Origin: Litorivivens sp.
Lineage (GTDB): Bacteria; Pseudomonadota; Gammaproteobacteria; Pseudomonadales; Spongiibacteraceae
Length of the DNA: 59,364 nt
Direction: 5' to 3'
Assembly (NCBI GenBank): GCA_041619575.1
Contig: JBFKDP010000001.1
Coordinates: forward strand, 1 to 59,364
Both the position numbers and the translations under genes were made by a program. Positions 9,683-19,018 of this stretch are shown piece after piece; within the stretch, counting starts at the first letter, position 1; the number at the start of each line of letters is the position of its first letter. The notes below the pieces were generated by a model. It ran no database searches. It was not told the DNA's origin and saw only the letters and a program-made list of their open reading frames with translations.

Positions 9683-10351
9683 TTACTTAGCCTGCGAATC
9701 CAGCCAGTCAAATACTTCCTGCACGTCCAGCACGTCGGCGTATTTCAGTGACAGATCGGTGAGGTTGGCATAGTGATAGCTCTCATGCTTATCGGCCACG
9801 CACTCTTCCGGCACGATAGTGCGGTACCCGCGCGACAGGGATTCCACAGCAGTTGCGCGTATGCAGCCCGAGGTAGAACCACCAGTGACAATCACCGTAT
9901 CCACCTTGTGCCACACACACAGGGATTGGAGCTGGGTTTCAAAAAAGGCTGAAGGCATTTTTTTCAGGTAGATCACATCGTTAACGTGATCGATTTCCAG
10001 ACGGTCATCGAATTCGCTGCGCTCACTGCCAAACTTGATGTTCTGCAGGCTGTCGGGCGTATCGGTGCGTGTACCCCAGATACCCGCGTCTTCACCTGAC
10101 TCCATATAGGCCACATGAGTCCACACCACCGGCCAGCCTATGGCGCGAAACTTTTTCGCCAGAGTATTGATGTATTCCATCTGGCGCGGATCGGTTTCGT
10201 AGGCAGTTTTAAAAAGGTCAGTGCGGGTATAGGCCTTTTGCGGGTCGATATTTACCAGAATGGCTTTTTCACCAAAGCCAAATCGCTTTCGCGCCGGGTT
10301 GGCTTTCACTTCCTGATAAATTTCTTTGGCCGTTTTGCTTGTGGTTTCCAT
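9683..10351 (-). CDS. Isochorismatase-family amidase (NicF/N-carbamoylsarcosine amidase-like), copy 1
   Basis: Asp-Lys-Cys triad: NID, KKMPSAFF, STSGCIRAT. Confidence 0.88.
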   Translation of the reverse strand: METTSKTAKEIYQEVKANPARKRFGFGEKAILVNIDPQKAYTRTDLFKTAYETDPRQMEYINTLAKKFRAIGWPVVWTHVAYMESGEDAGIWGTRTDTPDSLQNIKFGSERSEFDDRLEIDHVNDVIYLKKMPSAFFETQLQSLCVWHKVDTVIVTGGSTSGCIRATAVESLSRGYRTIVPEECVADKHESYHYANLTDLSLKYADVLDVQEVFDWLDSQAK

Positions 10352-10361
10352 AGTTACCTCC

Positions 10362-11564
10362 TTATTGCACTGCGAGGCTGTCGCGCAGACAGTTGAGCAT
10401 GGCGCGCTCCATCAAAAACGCTTTAGCCTTGACCGGATCGCTGGCCGTTTCCATGAGCATGGCCTGACGTTTCTTCTGAATATCCGGATCCGTGGATTCC
10501 ATCAATTTCTTGTTTTCAATGGTGTGTTTCTGCACAAAGTCCACCGCCAGCTCGCGGCGCTGACGGTCGTACTGACCAAACTCCGCCAGATGATCGCCGC
10601 CCTCTTGCATCAACCGCACCAGCCGCTGGGCCAGATTGTAAGCATCGTGCAGACCGCCGTTCATCCCCATGCCGCCCAGCGGGTTGTTGATATGGCAGGC
10701 ATCACCGGCCAGCACAATCCGTTCGTTGAAGTAGGTATCCGAAACGCGTTGATGCACGTTGTACAGGGTGCGATGACCAATTTCATAGTCACTGCCCTTG
10801 TCGTAAAGATGCTTTAAGCGCTTTTGAATGTACTCGTCAGAGAGCAGCACTTCATCGCTGTCACCCGGCTCCGTGGGCCACAGCACGCGCCATATTTTTT
10901 CGGTACGCAGTATCACGCACCATTCGTCCGGGTCAGACACATAATTCACATAGGCCAGATTGTCGAACACCTCTTCGAAAGGAAAGGGCGTGCTGGCTAC
11001 CAGAAACTTTTCGTCGTAAGTAAAGCCGCCAAAGCCGATCCCGGCGGACTTGCGCACATTACTGGAAGCTCCATCCGTACCGACGCAGAATGCGCCCTGA
11101 AGTGTCTCAATGCCCTGGGGAGTCCGAACATCGACTTCAACTCCGCCTGCTACATTTTTAACCGACACCACTTCATGGCCGAAGCGCACATCGACATGGG
11201 GAAAGGCCTTGAGCTTGTCGCCCACAATATGGGTCATCTCATACTGCTCGAGCTGCAGACGAAAAGGAAACGGGGTTTCGTCGGCGATCAGCTTCATATC
11301 AAATTCGGCAACTTCGCCGGTGCGGCGATCGCGATAGGCATACTTATCGACCTTCAGACCCTTGGCGAACATAGCATCGGTCAAATCAACTTCTGCCAGC
11401 ATTTCCAGTGACGGTGGGTGGAAGGTCGACGCACGTAAATCAATGGGCAGAGATTCCGCCTTTTCGAGCAGAATAACAGGCACGTTGTGTTGCGCCAGAT
11501 AGAGGGTTAGCAGCGAGCCGGCGGGGCCTGAACCGGCTACGATAACGGGTTTGTCGTATTGCAT
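10362..11564 (-). CDS. FAD-dependent monooxygenase (PHBH/MhpA-like, group A)
   Basis: GSGPAG, DGASSNVRK, LAGDACHINNPLGGMGMNGG. Confidence 0.9.
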   Translation of the reverse strand: MQYDKPVIVAGSGPAGSLLTLYLAQHNVPVILLEKAESLPIDLRASTFHPPSLEMLAEVDLTDAMFAKGLKVDKYAYRDRRTGEVAEFDMKLIADETPFPFRLQLEQYEMTHIVGDKLKAFPHVDVRFGHEVVSVKNVAGGVEVDVRTPQGIETLQGAFCVGTDGASSNVRKSAGIGFGGFTYDEKFLVASTPFPFEEVFDNLAYVNYVSDPDEWCVILRTEKIWRVLWPTEPGDSDEVLLSDEYIQKRLKHLYDKGSDYEIGHRTLYNVHQRVSDTYFNERIVLAGDACHINNPLGGMGMNGGLHDAYNLAQRLVRLMQEGGDHLAEFGQYDRQRRELAVDFVQKHTIENKKLMESTDPDIQKKRQAMLMETASDPVKAKAFLMERAMLNCLRDSLAVQ

Positions 11565-11689
11565 TGTGTTCTCTCGTTGGTTGTTTGTGTTGGCAAATTC
11601 CTGTGGCCGCCCCCGCCTGCCCTGGAATCTGCTTTTACCACCACCGCGCCACTCCCTTAAAATGAGAGGAGCAAAGTGAGGCGAACGAA

Positions 11690-12475
11690 TTAGCTGCCTT
11701 TATACTCATCCATACTCAAGCTCATCCGGTACTGAAAGCGCTTTGGGTTGTACTGGCAGTACAGAATATCCACCAGCTTATCGTCACTGGTGTAGGAGTG
11801 ACGCACCAGTGTCAGGGTTGGGTCACCAGGCTTCATTTCCAGCTCCCGCGACACTTCCAGCGAAGCCTCGTCGGCCCCCAGATACTGATCCACCTTGGTC
11901 AGGTTCAGACCGTTCTCGCGGATAATATCTAGGCGCACGCCCTTTTCCAGCTCGCGCTTGGTGAAGCCTTTTTGTATCCCAACGGTCCAGCTAATGTAGT
12001 AAGCGAAGGGCTCGCCCTCTTCGCTGCTGCGCACACGAATAATCCGGTGTGCTTTTTCGCCCGGTGCGAGTTTCAGCTCTGCCCGAATATCACCGGGCGG
12101 CACTACTTTCTCAACGTCAATAACCTTGACCCGGGTGTGACGCCCCATACTGGCCAGTTTTTCCAACATACCCACCAGTGGCGCCTGAACCGCTTCCGGC
12201 TCGTAGTGATGGGTAACATGGGTGCCCTTGCCGCGGCGTCGCTCGACCAGTTCCTCTGCTGCCAATTCATCCATGGCACGCTTGGCTGTAATACGCGACA
12301 CCCCAAACATTTCAGCCAGCTGCTGCTCGGTAGGCATTTGCGTGCCGTGCGAGATCGTGCCATCCATAATCCGGCTTTTCAGCAGGGTGTACATCTGATG
12401 GTACAGCGGTGTCGGCGTGTCGCCCTGCATCAGTTCCAGATCGCGTTTGCTAAAAAGCGGTTGCGCTGCGCTCAT
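11690..12475 (-). CDS. GntR-family (HutC/UTRA) transcriptional regulator
   Basis: PLYHQ..MPTEQQLAEMFGVSRITAKRA..RRRGKGT wHTH plus C-terminal UTRA-like domain. Confidence 0.92.
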   Translation of the reverse strand: MSAAQPLFSKRDLELMQGDTPTPLYHQMYTLLKSRIMDGTISHGTQMPTEQQLAEMFGVSRITAKRAMDELAAEELVERRRGKGTHVTHHYEPEAVQAPLVGMLEKLASMGRHTRVKVIDVEKVVPPGDIRAELKLAPGEKAHRIIRVRSSEEGEPFAYYISWTVGIQKGFTKRELEKGVRLDIIRENGLNLTKVDQYLGADEASLEVSRELEMKPGDPTLTLVRHSYTSDDKLVDILYCQYNPKRFQYRMSLSMDEYKGS

Positions 12476-12530
12476 CTATCTCTCCTAGTCTCCCGGCGGG
12501 TAGAGCACGACCGGCTCCAACCCAAAAGCT

Positions 12531-12545
12531 ATATCATTATAGCTT
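12531..12545. promoter_or_regulatory. Putative operator upstream of the GntR gene (ATATCATTATAGCTT)
   Basis: 15 nt identical to 23554-23568. Confidence 0.6.
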
Positions 12546-12574
12546 AGAGACATTGTGATCTCGCCTGCCTGTTT

Positions 12575-13168
12575 TTACAAACTTGTTACACTTGCCAGCA
12601 CGTCTTGCAGGGACATCACATCCGCATACTTGGCGTGCATATCGTGAAGGTTTGCCGCATGGGCCTGCGGGTTCCGATCCCCCACTGCCTCGCGGGGCAC
12701 CACCACGGGAAAATCATGCTGCAGCCCGTCCACCACCGTGGCGCGTACGCAGCCACTGGTAGTAAGGCCCGTGACCACCAAGGAGTCAGCACCGGCCGCG
12801 CGCAGCTGCACATCCAGATCGGTGCCAAAGAAGCTGCTGGCCCACTGTTTTTCGATAAGTGCTTCGCCTTCCAGTGGTGTCAGTGCCGGATCAACCTTCA
12901 CCCATTCGGACTCGGGCGTCAGACAGTTCAGCGCCTGAATCCGGTTGCGAAATACCGAGGCCTGCTGATCGTTGTGGTAGACCACCGTGGTGAAAAACAC
13001 CGGCAAACCTTTTGCTCTGAAAGCCGCAAGCAGTCTGGCATTGGCTTCAACCACCTCGGGACAATCGGTTCCCAGCGGGCAGTCGGAGCTGGTAAAGCCC
13101 TTGATCATATCGACCAGAAGCAGCGCGGGGCGCAGGCCGATGCCAACACTGTTGCGTTGTAAATCCAT
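12575..13168 (-). CDS. Isochorismatase-family amidase (NicF-like), copy 2
   Basis: RPALLLVD, EKQWASSFF, TTSGCVRAT. Confidence 0.88.
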   Translation of the reverse strand: MDLQRNSVGIGLRPALLLVDMIKGFTSSDCPLGTDCPEVVEANARLLAAFRAKGLPVFFTTVVYHNDQQASVFRNRIQALNCLTPESEWVKVDPALTPLEGEALIEKQWASSFFGTDLDVQLRAAGADSLVVTGLTTSGCVRATVVDGLQHDFPVVVPREAVGDRNPQAHAANLHDMHAKYADVMSLQDVLASVTSL

Positions 13169-13169
13169 A

Positions 13170-13991
13170 TCAATCCCTGTTTCCGGCGCGGGTAAAGAAG
13201 TCGCTCAGCCGCGCGGCAATATCCTGGGCATAGAGATCGCAGGCGTAAGTTCGCGCCCCTTCGATCTCCTGCTTTTCACCCTGCTTCAGTAATTGAAAGG
13301 CCGCGTCCAGCTGTCCGTAGAGCGGGTCCTGGGTTCCGGCAAATACCAGCACCGGACATTCAACTGCCTGCAACTGCTCGCCAAAGGGCTGTTCAATCAC
13401 CGCCTGATAGGCGTCCGGATAGGCCTCGCCAACGTCCAGACCCAGCAGGGTTTCGCGCAGACTCAACGCCAGGGGGGCCTCCGGCTCTTTGTCGCGCATC
13501 CGCCGCCACATGCCCAGCAGGTGGCTGCCATCCTCGCTCAAGGGAAAGGGTTTCGCCTTTTCCGGCAGAATGGCTTTCAATTGATCGCTTAACAGCGTGG
13601 GTCCGGACAGGGCCATCGCCTGCGCCAGATCCGGATTGTCGTGCGCCAATTGCACCGCCACGGAAGCACCGGTGTGATGGCCAAACAACAACGCCGTTTT
13701 TATATTCAGCGCGTCGAGAAACTGTTGTATGGCTCTGGCATAGGCGACAATAGACGCTGGTCCTTGCAAGGGGTCGCTTTGGCCAAAACCCGGCGTATCC
13801 GGTGCCAACAGCCAGTAGTCATCACCCAGTGCGCGCATCAGCGATTCAAACATCACCGACGAGCTGGGGCTTTGATGCAGCAGTACCAGCGGCGTATTCG
13901 CGGGGTTGCCCGCCTGCCGGTAATGCAGTTGACCGGAGTCGATGTCACAGTAGGCGCGACGAATCACTGGCCCAACTCCACGCTGATCCAT
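13170..13991 (-). CDS. Alpha/beta hydrolase with atypical nucleophile elbow (GHHTG)
   Basis: LVLLHQSP, APDTPGFGQSD, GHHTGA in place of GxSxG. Confidence 0.8.
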   Translation of the reverse strand: MDQRGVGPVIRRAYCDIDSGQLHYRQAGNPANTPLVLLHQSPSSSVMFESLMRALGDDYWLLAPDTPGFGQSDPLQGPASIVAYARAIQQFLDALNIKTALLFGHHTGASVAVQLAHDNPDLAQAMALSGPTLLSDQLKAILPEKAKPFPLSEDGSHLLGMWRRMRDKEPEAPLALSLRETLLGLDVGEAYPDAYQAVIEQPFGEQLQAVECPVLVFAGTQDPLYGQLDAAFQLLKQGEKQEIEGARTYACDLYAQDIAARLSDFFTRAGNRD

Positions 13992-15406
13992 TTCAGTTCG
14001 GTAAATTCTTCGGTGCTGTAGTGGCCACCGCTGCGGCCCATTCCTGACAGCCCGAGACCACCCACCGGCGCCATCGCATTGCTCTGAAAGGCGTGCATGC
14101 CGATATGTACGGCGCCACTGCGAATCGCCCTGGCGGCTTTAAAACCTTGCTGGATATTGTGGGTCAGCACGCCGGCAGACAAGCCGTATTCGCTGTCGTT
14201 AGCCAGCTCAATGGCGTCGTCCAGATCAGACGCTTTCACAATGCTGGTCATGGGGCCAAAACTTTCATCGCGCCAGGCGCTGCTGTCGCGGGTTGGCTCC
14301 AGCAAGACCGTCGGTTCAAACACCAGACCGCTTTTAACCTTGCCGCCGGTCAGCAGGGTCGCGCCGCGAGACAAAGCATCTTGTAGGTGGGCTTCGACCT
14401 TTTCCACCGCACGGCGGTTAATCAAGGGGCCGTACACGCTATCGGCATCGCGCTGCTCGCCAATCTTCAGGCTTTCGCAGGCGGCTTTCATGGCTGCACA
14501 AAATGCCTCAAAGACGGGGGCTTCCACGACAATACGGGAGTTGGCCATACAGATCTGGCCGGCGTGATTAAACATACCCTGCACCGCAATAGCGGCTGCC
14601 TCGGCCGGATCAAAATCCTTCAGCACCACCAGCGCACTCTTGCCACCAAGTTCCAGCTGCACGCGTTTCATCTGCTGCATGGCGCTGGCGCCAATAGCCT
14701 GGCCCGTTGCGGTTGAACCAGTTAAGGCAATGGCGTCCACATCCGGATGATTAACCAGCGGCGCACCGCATTCCTGACCAAATCCGGTCAATACATTAAC
14801 CGCATCGGCGGGCACTCCGGCCTCGACTAACAACTTGGCAAAGGCGACGGCGATCAGCGGTGTTTCTTCCGAGGGCTTTATCACTACGCTATTGCCGGCG
14901 GCCAGCGGGAAAGCCGTCATTTTAGCGAGCAGCGCCAGCGGCGCGTTGTAGGGCGATACAATGCCCACCACACCCAGTGGCTCGCGAAACACCATACTGA
15001 TGCGCGCGGGGTTGTCATTGGGAAAGGTATCACCGTATAGGCGGCGCACTTCACCCGCAGCGGTGCGCAGCAAGTCCACAGTGTAGTGAATTTCATAGCG
15101 GGCCTTGTTGATGACCGAGCCGCTTTCGTCCATCAAGAGATCAAGGTAGCGCTGCTCACCGGTGCTCGCCATTAACTCGGCGGCACGCAACAAAACCCCT
15201 TCGCGCTCTTTAGGCGCCAAAGCAGACCATTGCTCAAAACCTTTGCGCGCGGCAACAACCGCAAGATCCACATCCGCTGTATTGGCACGGGCGGCCTTGC
15301 CGATCACCTGTTCCGTTGCGGGAGCGAGTACATCAAAGTACTCGCCGCTTTGGGCTTTCTGTTCGCTACCGGCAATCAGTAATTCGCTTTTGTAGAAATC
15401 AGCCAT
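13964..15406 (-). CDS. Aldehyde dehydrogenase, copy 1
   Basis: KPSEETP, TGSTATG, LELGGKS, GQICMA, ESFGP. Confidence 0.93.
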   Translation of the reverse strand: MADFYKSELLIAGSEQKAQSGEYFDVLAPATEQVIGKAARANTADVDLAVVAARKGFEQWSALAPKEREGVLLRAAELMASTGEQRYLDLLMDESGSVINKARYEIHYTVDLLRTAAGEVRRLYGDTFPNDNPARISMVFREPLGVVGIVSPYNAPLALLAKMTAFPLAAGNSVVIKPSEETPLIAVAFAKLLVEAGVPADAVNVLTGFGQECGAPLVNHPDVDAIALTGSTATGQAIGASAMQQMKRVQLELGGKSALVVLKDFDPAEAAAIAVQGMFNHAGQICMANSRIVVEAPVFEAFCAAMKAACESLKIGEQRDADSVYGPLINRRAVEKVEAHLQDALSRGATLLTGGKVKSGLVFEPTVLLEPTRDSSAWRDESFGPMTSIVKASDLDDAIELANDSEYGLSAGVLTHNIQQGFKAARAIRSGAVHIGMHAFQSNAMAPVGGLGLSGMGRSGGHYSTEEFTELKWISVELGQ

Positions 15407-16841
15407 TAGCGCTCTCCACCTTTCCCGCAACGCCGATAATGCGCGTGCCACGGAAAAATTCGAAGGTTTCTACCACCCCTTCATCACCCAGACCGCTCAG
15501 GCCCCAGGCCGGACGGGGTGCCATCGGGTGAAGGTTCAGCATGCTCACCGCATTGATCTTGATATTGCCGGCACGAATACCGCTGGCTATCTTCCAGGCG
15601 TGTTGTTCTTCACCAAACACATACGCCGCCAGACCAAAGGGTGTGCCGTTGGCCTGCGCTATCGCCTCGGCATCGTCGGTAAAGGTATGCACGGTTGCAA
15701 CCGGGCCAAATATTTCTTCGCTGGCCTGTTCAGCACTTAAACCTGTTATCAGCGTCGGGGCAATAAAGTAGCCGTCCAGCGCGGGCAAGGCCGAGGCGCG
15801 CAAACACTCACCGCCCTGCGCTTCGTATTCTGCGACCGCCTTTTGAATCAGTGCATAATGGCCTTTGTGTACCACCGGGCCCATCGTGCTGGATTCGTCC
15901 ATGACATGGCCGAGCTTAATCTTTGCAAAGCGTTCGGTGATCGCTGACAGCAATGTTTCGGCTACAGATTGATGTACCAGCAAGCGCCCCAAGGCGCGAC
16001 ACCACTGGCCGTTCAAGGTCGTCATTCCGGCAATTACGCCATCGGCTGCCGCTTCAATATCGGCGTCTTCCAATATAACAATCGGGTTATTGCCGCCCAG
16101 CTCCAGCTGAGCCGGTTTGATATCTTTAGCACAGGCCGAAGCCACTGCGCGCCCCGCCTGTAAACCACCGGTAAACGACACGGCGGCAATGCGCGAATCT
16201 TCCACCAACGCGGCACCTGTCGCGCCATTGCCGTGCACCAGCTGGAAGACCCCTGCGGGCAAACCGGCCTCCACCAACGCCTCGGCAATCAGCTGACCGG
16301 ATTGCGGTGCCCACTCCGAAGGTTTAACAATTACCGGACAACCAGCGGCCAGCGCTGAGGCCAGTTTGTGGCAGGTAATTCCGGATGGCGCATTCCAGGG
16401 CGCAATGATCGCCGCTGGACCCAGCGGCAAGCGTTCAACCACCACATCGCCATGAGGGCCTTCAAAGGGCTGACGCAGGGGTGGGTTGCGCAACAGATTT
16501 GCGGCAGCGCGAAACGCGAGCACGCAAATCTGGGCGACCTGGGACGTTGTTTTCAAGAGTACGCCGGTGCAGATGGCGTCGGCCTCGGCAATTGCACTCA
16601 GGCGGGTGTTAATGGCGCCTGCAATGGCATCGAGGGCGGCCGCACGCTCGGAATTGGACAGTGCAGCCCAGTCACCTGCCTCATGGGCGGCATGGGCAGT
16701 CGCAATAGCGCGTTCAACCTGCGCAGCGTCGCTCGCCATTTGATAAAACAGCGGCTTGCCTTCGCTGGCGTGGTAGACCTCCGTCTCCAGCGTGATCGCA
16801 GGAGCCTGCCAGTCGTTGTCGATGTAATTCTTGAGTTCCAT
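15399..16841 (-). CDS. Aldehyde dehydrogenase, copy 2
   Basis: PWNAP, KPSE, FTGG, LELGGNN, GQWCRA, EEIFGPV; start chosen by AAGGAAG RBS. Confidence 0.92.
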   Translation of the reverse strand: MELKNYIDNDWQAPAITLETEVYHASEGKPLFYQMASDAAQVERAIATAHAAHEAGDWAALSNSERAAALDAIAGAINTRLSAIAEADAICTGVLLKTTSQVAQICVLAFRAAANLLRNPPLRQPFEGPHGDVVVERLPLGPAAIIAPWNAPSGITCHKLASALAAGCPVIVKPSEWAPQSGQLIAEALVEAGLPAGVFQLVHGNGATGAALVEDSRIAAVSFTGGLQAGRAVASACAKDIKPAQLELGGNNPIVILEDADIEAAADGVIAGMTTLNGQWCRALGRLLVHQSVAETLLSAITERFAKIKLGHVMDESSTMGPVVHKGHYALIQKAVAEYEAQGGECLRASALPALDGYFIAPTLITGLSAEQASEEIFGPVATVHTFTDDAEAIAQANGTPFGLAAYVFGEEQHAWKIASGIRAGNIKINAVSMLNLHPMAPRPAWGLSGLGDEGVVETFEFFRGTRIIGVAGKVESANG

Positions 16842-16864
16842 ATGGCTTCCTTGGGCGTCAGCCA

Positions 16865-18133
16865 TCAACCCTTACCAAAGGCGTTCTGTTCTTCACCTTC
16901 AATCACCAGACTGGCGGTATCCAGTCGGCCTTTTTCTGCAGGGAAAGCCTGTACCAGCCCCATCGCAAGGTCACGCAGCGCACGCGAATAAGGCGTGCTG
17001 AACATGGTCCCTGAGGTGCCCGCACACTTGAGTGCAGCGATGGCGACCTGAAAGCTGTGCTCGGCGATCTGGCCCTTACAGGTGCGCCAGAATTTAACCA
17101 CCTCTTCCTTGGATACCATCGGCGGCTCACTGCTTTCGATCTGAACCTGACGGCGCGCCCACAATAAAGCGGTCTGCAAGTTGGCGTACATCTCGCCAAT
17201 GATCTGCTGTTGATAGGGGCCAGTACCCACGGGCTTGCCGGTATCGGCAAATTTCTTGTCTTTCATCAGCTGCACAGCCGATTGGTAAGCGGCAACGGCG
17301 CCGCCCATATAGATCACAGACGCAGCCACCTGATTCCCCACAAAGCTGGAGCGACTCATCTGGCAGCTGCGGGCAAAGGCGCCAGGAATACCCAGAGCAT
17401 TTTCATCAGCAACAAAGACATCTTCCAGCACCAGCCCTTCGGTGGCGGTGCCGCGCATACCCATGGCATCCCATTCAATCCGGCCACGCGTGCCTTTGGC
17501 ATCGCGCTCTACGATAAAGGTGCTTAGCGCGCTGGCATCATTGATGCCTTCCAATGCCGCGGTCACCAGATACTGGTCGGCGACACCGGTGGCACAGCCA
17601 AACGACTTTTCACCGTTCAGGAGCCAGCCGCCGTCAACTTTCTTCGCCTGGGTAGTGATGGTGATCGCAGAGTGTTCGGATTTCACGGACTCACTGGCAT
17701 AGTTCGCCAGCCATTTGCTGTCGCGCCCCATGGTATAGAGCACTTTCTCGGCAAAGTCTTTCACCTGAGGTGCTTCATCATCGTTGAACAGCCCTTCTTT
17801 CAGTGCTGACAGGGCGAGCGTGCCGCGCGAGGCCGAGGTATTGTGAAAAAAGTAAGCCAGACCGGTAGACGGGCATACGGTACCAATGGCAAAACAGGCG
17901 GCTGCCCAGTCGCGCAGACCACCACCGAGACCACCGTATTCTCGTGGAACAACCAGACCCAACAATCCGGCGTCAGCCAGCAGGCGTACATTGTCTGGAT
18001 TAAATTCGCCCTGCTTGTCTGTCGCAGTTGCGCGCTCGCGCAGGGTGGGCAGGATACTTTCAACACGCTCGGCGCGCTCACGTTCCTCAGCGGTCATGTC
18101 TTCGATGAGGAGTTCGGAAATCATTTTGCTCAT
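16865..18133 (-). CDS. Acyl-CoA dehydrogenase-fold flavoprotein (possibly a flavin-dependent monooxygenase)
   Basis: VPREYGGLG, GWLLNGEKSF, WDAMGMRGT, RALRD. Confidence 0.8.
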   Translation of the reverse strand: MSKMISELLIEDMTAEERERAERVESILPTLRERATATDKQGEFNPDNVRLLADAGLLGLVVPREYGGLGGGLRDWAAACFAIGTVCPSTGLAYFFHNTSASRGTLALSALKEGLFNDDEAPQVKDFAEKVLYTMGRDSKWLANYASESVKSEHSAITITTQAKKVDGGWLLNGEKSFGCATGVADQYLVTAALEGINDASALSTFIVERDAKGTRGRIEWDAMGMRGTATEGLVLEDVFVADENALGIPGAFARSCQMSRSSFVGNQVAASVIYMGGAVAAYQSAVQLMKDKKFADTGKPVGTGPYQQQIIGEMYANLQTALLWARRQVQIESSEPPMVSKEEVVKFWRTCKGQIAEHSFQVAIAALKCAGTSGTMFSTPYSRALRDLAMGLVQAFPAEKGRLDTASLVIEGEEQNAFGKG

Positions 18134-18173
18134 GGAGGGTTCCTCTGAAACTTTTTTGGGCGGAGGATTCTCC

Positions 18174-18266
18174 TCTCACCCCAGCCCTCTCCCTGAGGGA
18201 GAGGGGGCGCTCAATTTAACTACGGAGTATTCTCCCTCTCCCTTTGGGAGAGGGCTGGGGTGAGGG
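18174..18266. repeat. REP-like double palindrome (CCCTCTCCC..GGGAGAGGG family)
   Basis: CTCACCCCAGCCCTCTCCC ... GGGAGAGGGCTGGGGTGAG outer inverted repeat with two inner hairpins. Confidence 0.8.
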
Positions 18267-18272
18267 TAGGTT

Positions 18273-19016
18273 TTACGCACTCACCTCACGCAGCGACGCA
18301 ATCTGCTTGTCCGCCGCGTCCTGTCCTACCAGCGGCGCTATCCGCTGCCATACCGGATCAACCTCGGCGTTGAAAATGGCAAATTTGTTGCGCTTATCGC
18401 GGGCCGCGAGCTCCTGCGGCGTAACATCTTCCAGTGCCTCACTGGAGATACCCTTTTCGACCAGAGCAAACCAGTGGTCCAGATAGGCATCAACCGGCTG
18501 CATAATCTTTTCAAAAGCCTCTGGCGTGGCGCGATTAGCGAGCATCCACGGTGACATGATGGCGTACTGACGCGGTGACAGATGCGCGGCTTCCAGACCT
18601 TCAATCTTGCGCGCGTCTTCGCATACCTCGGTCAGGGGTTGATACACCTCATTGAGATAATTCAGACGCGAGCCAATATCCACACGGGGTATCAAATCCA
18701 GGTGAAAAGCGTGGTGATCACCGGCCTGCACCGAATCGACCGTGTAGTGCGGCACCGCGCTGTCAGAGGGCATAAAAGCAAAAATCATATGCGAATCCAG
18801 CTGCATGGCAGGCACCACAATGCTGGACGTCAGCACCTGAAACAGCGGGCCACCGGTAAACTTGCGCATACCACCCACGCTGCCTTGGTGCATGGGCAGC
18901 TGGCTTTCCAGCGGTAGAAAGGGTCCGCCTTCGTCGTTCAACACTTCAGTCATGCCAAAGGTATCGACGATGCGATTGAGTACGTGGTCGTGCAAGGCTT
19001 TGGGTAAAGAAGTCAT
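18273..19016 (-). CDS. Divergent RCCR / ferredoxin-dependent bilin reductase-like protein (copy A)
   Basis: VPHYTVD..FHLDLIPRVD..YLNEVY, SPW, YLDHW, ARD..DP pattern shared with copies B and C. Confidence 0.6.
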   Translation of the reverse strand: MTSLPKALHDHVLNRIVDTFGMTEVLNDEGGPFLPLESQLPMHQGSVGGMRKFTGGPLFQVLTSSIVVPAMQLDSHMIFAFMPSDSAVPHYTVDSVQAGDHHAFHLDLIPRVDIGSRLNYLNEVYQPLTEVCEDARKIEGLEAAHLSPRQYAIMSPWMLANRATPEAFEKIMQPVDAYLDHWFALVEKGISSEALEDVTPQELAARDKRNKFAIFNAEVDPVWQRIAPLVGQDAADKQIASLREVSA

Positions 19017-19018
19017 GA

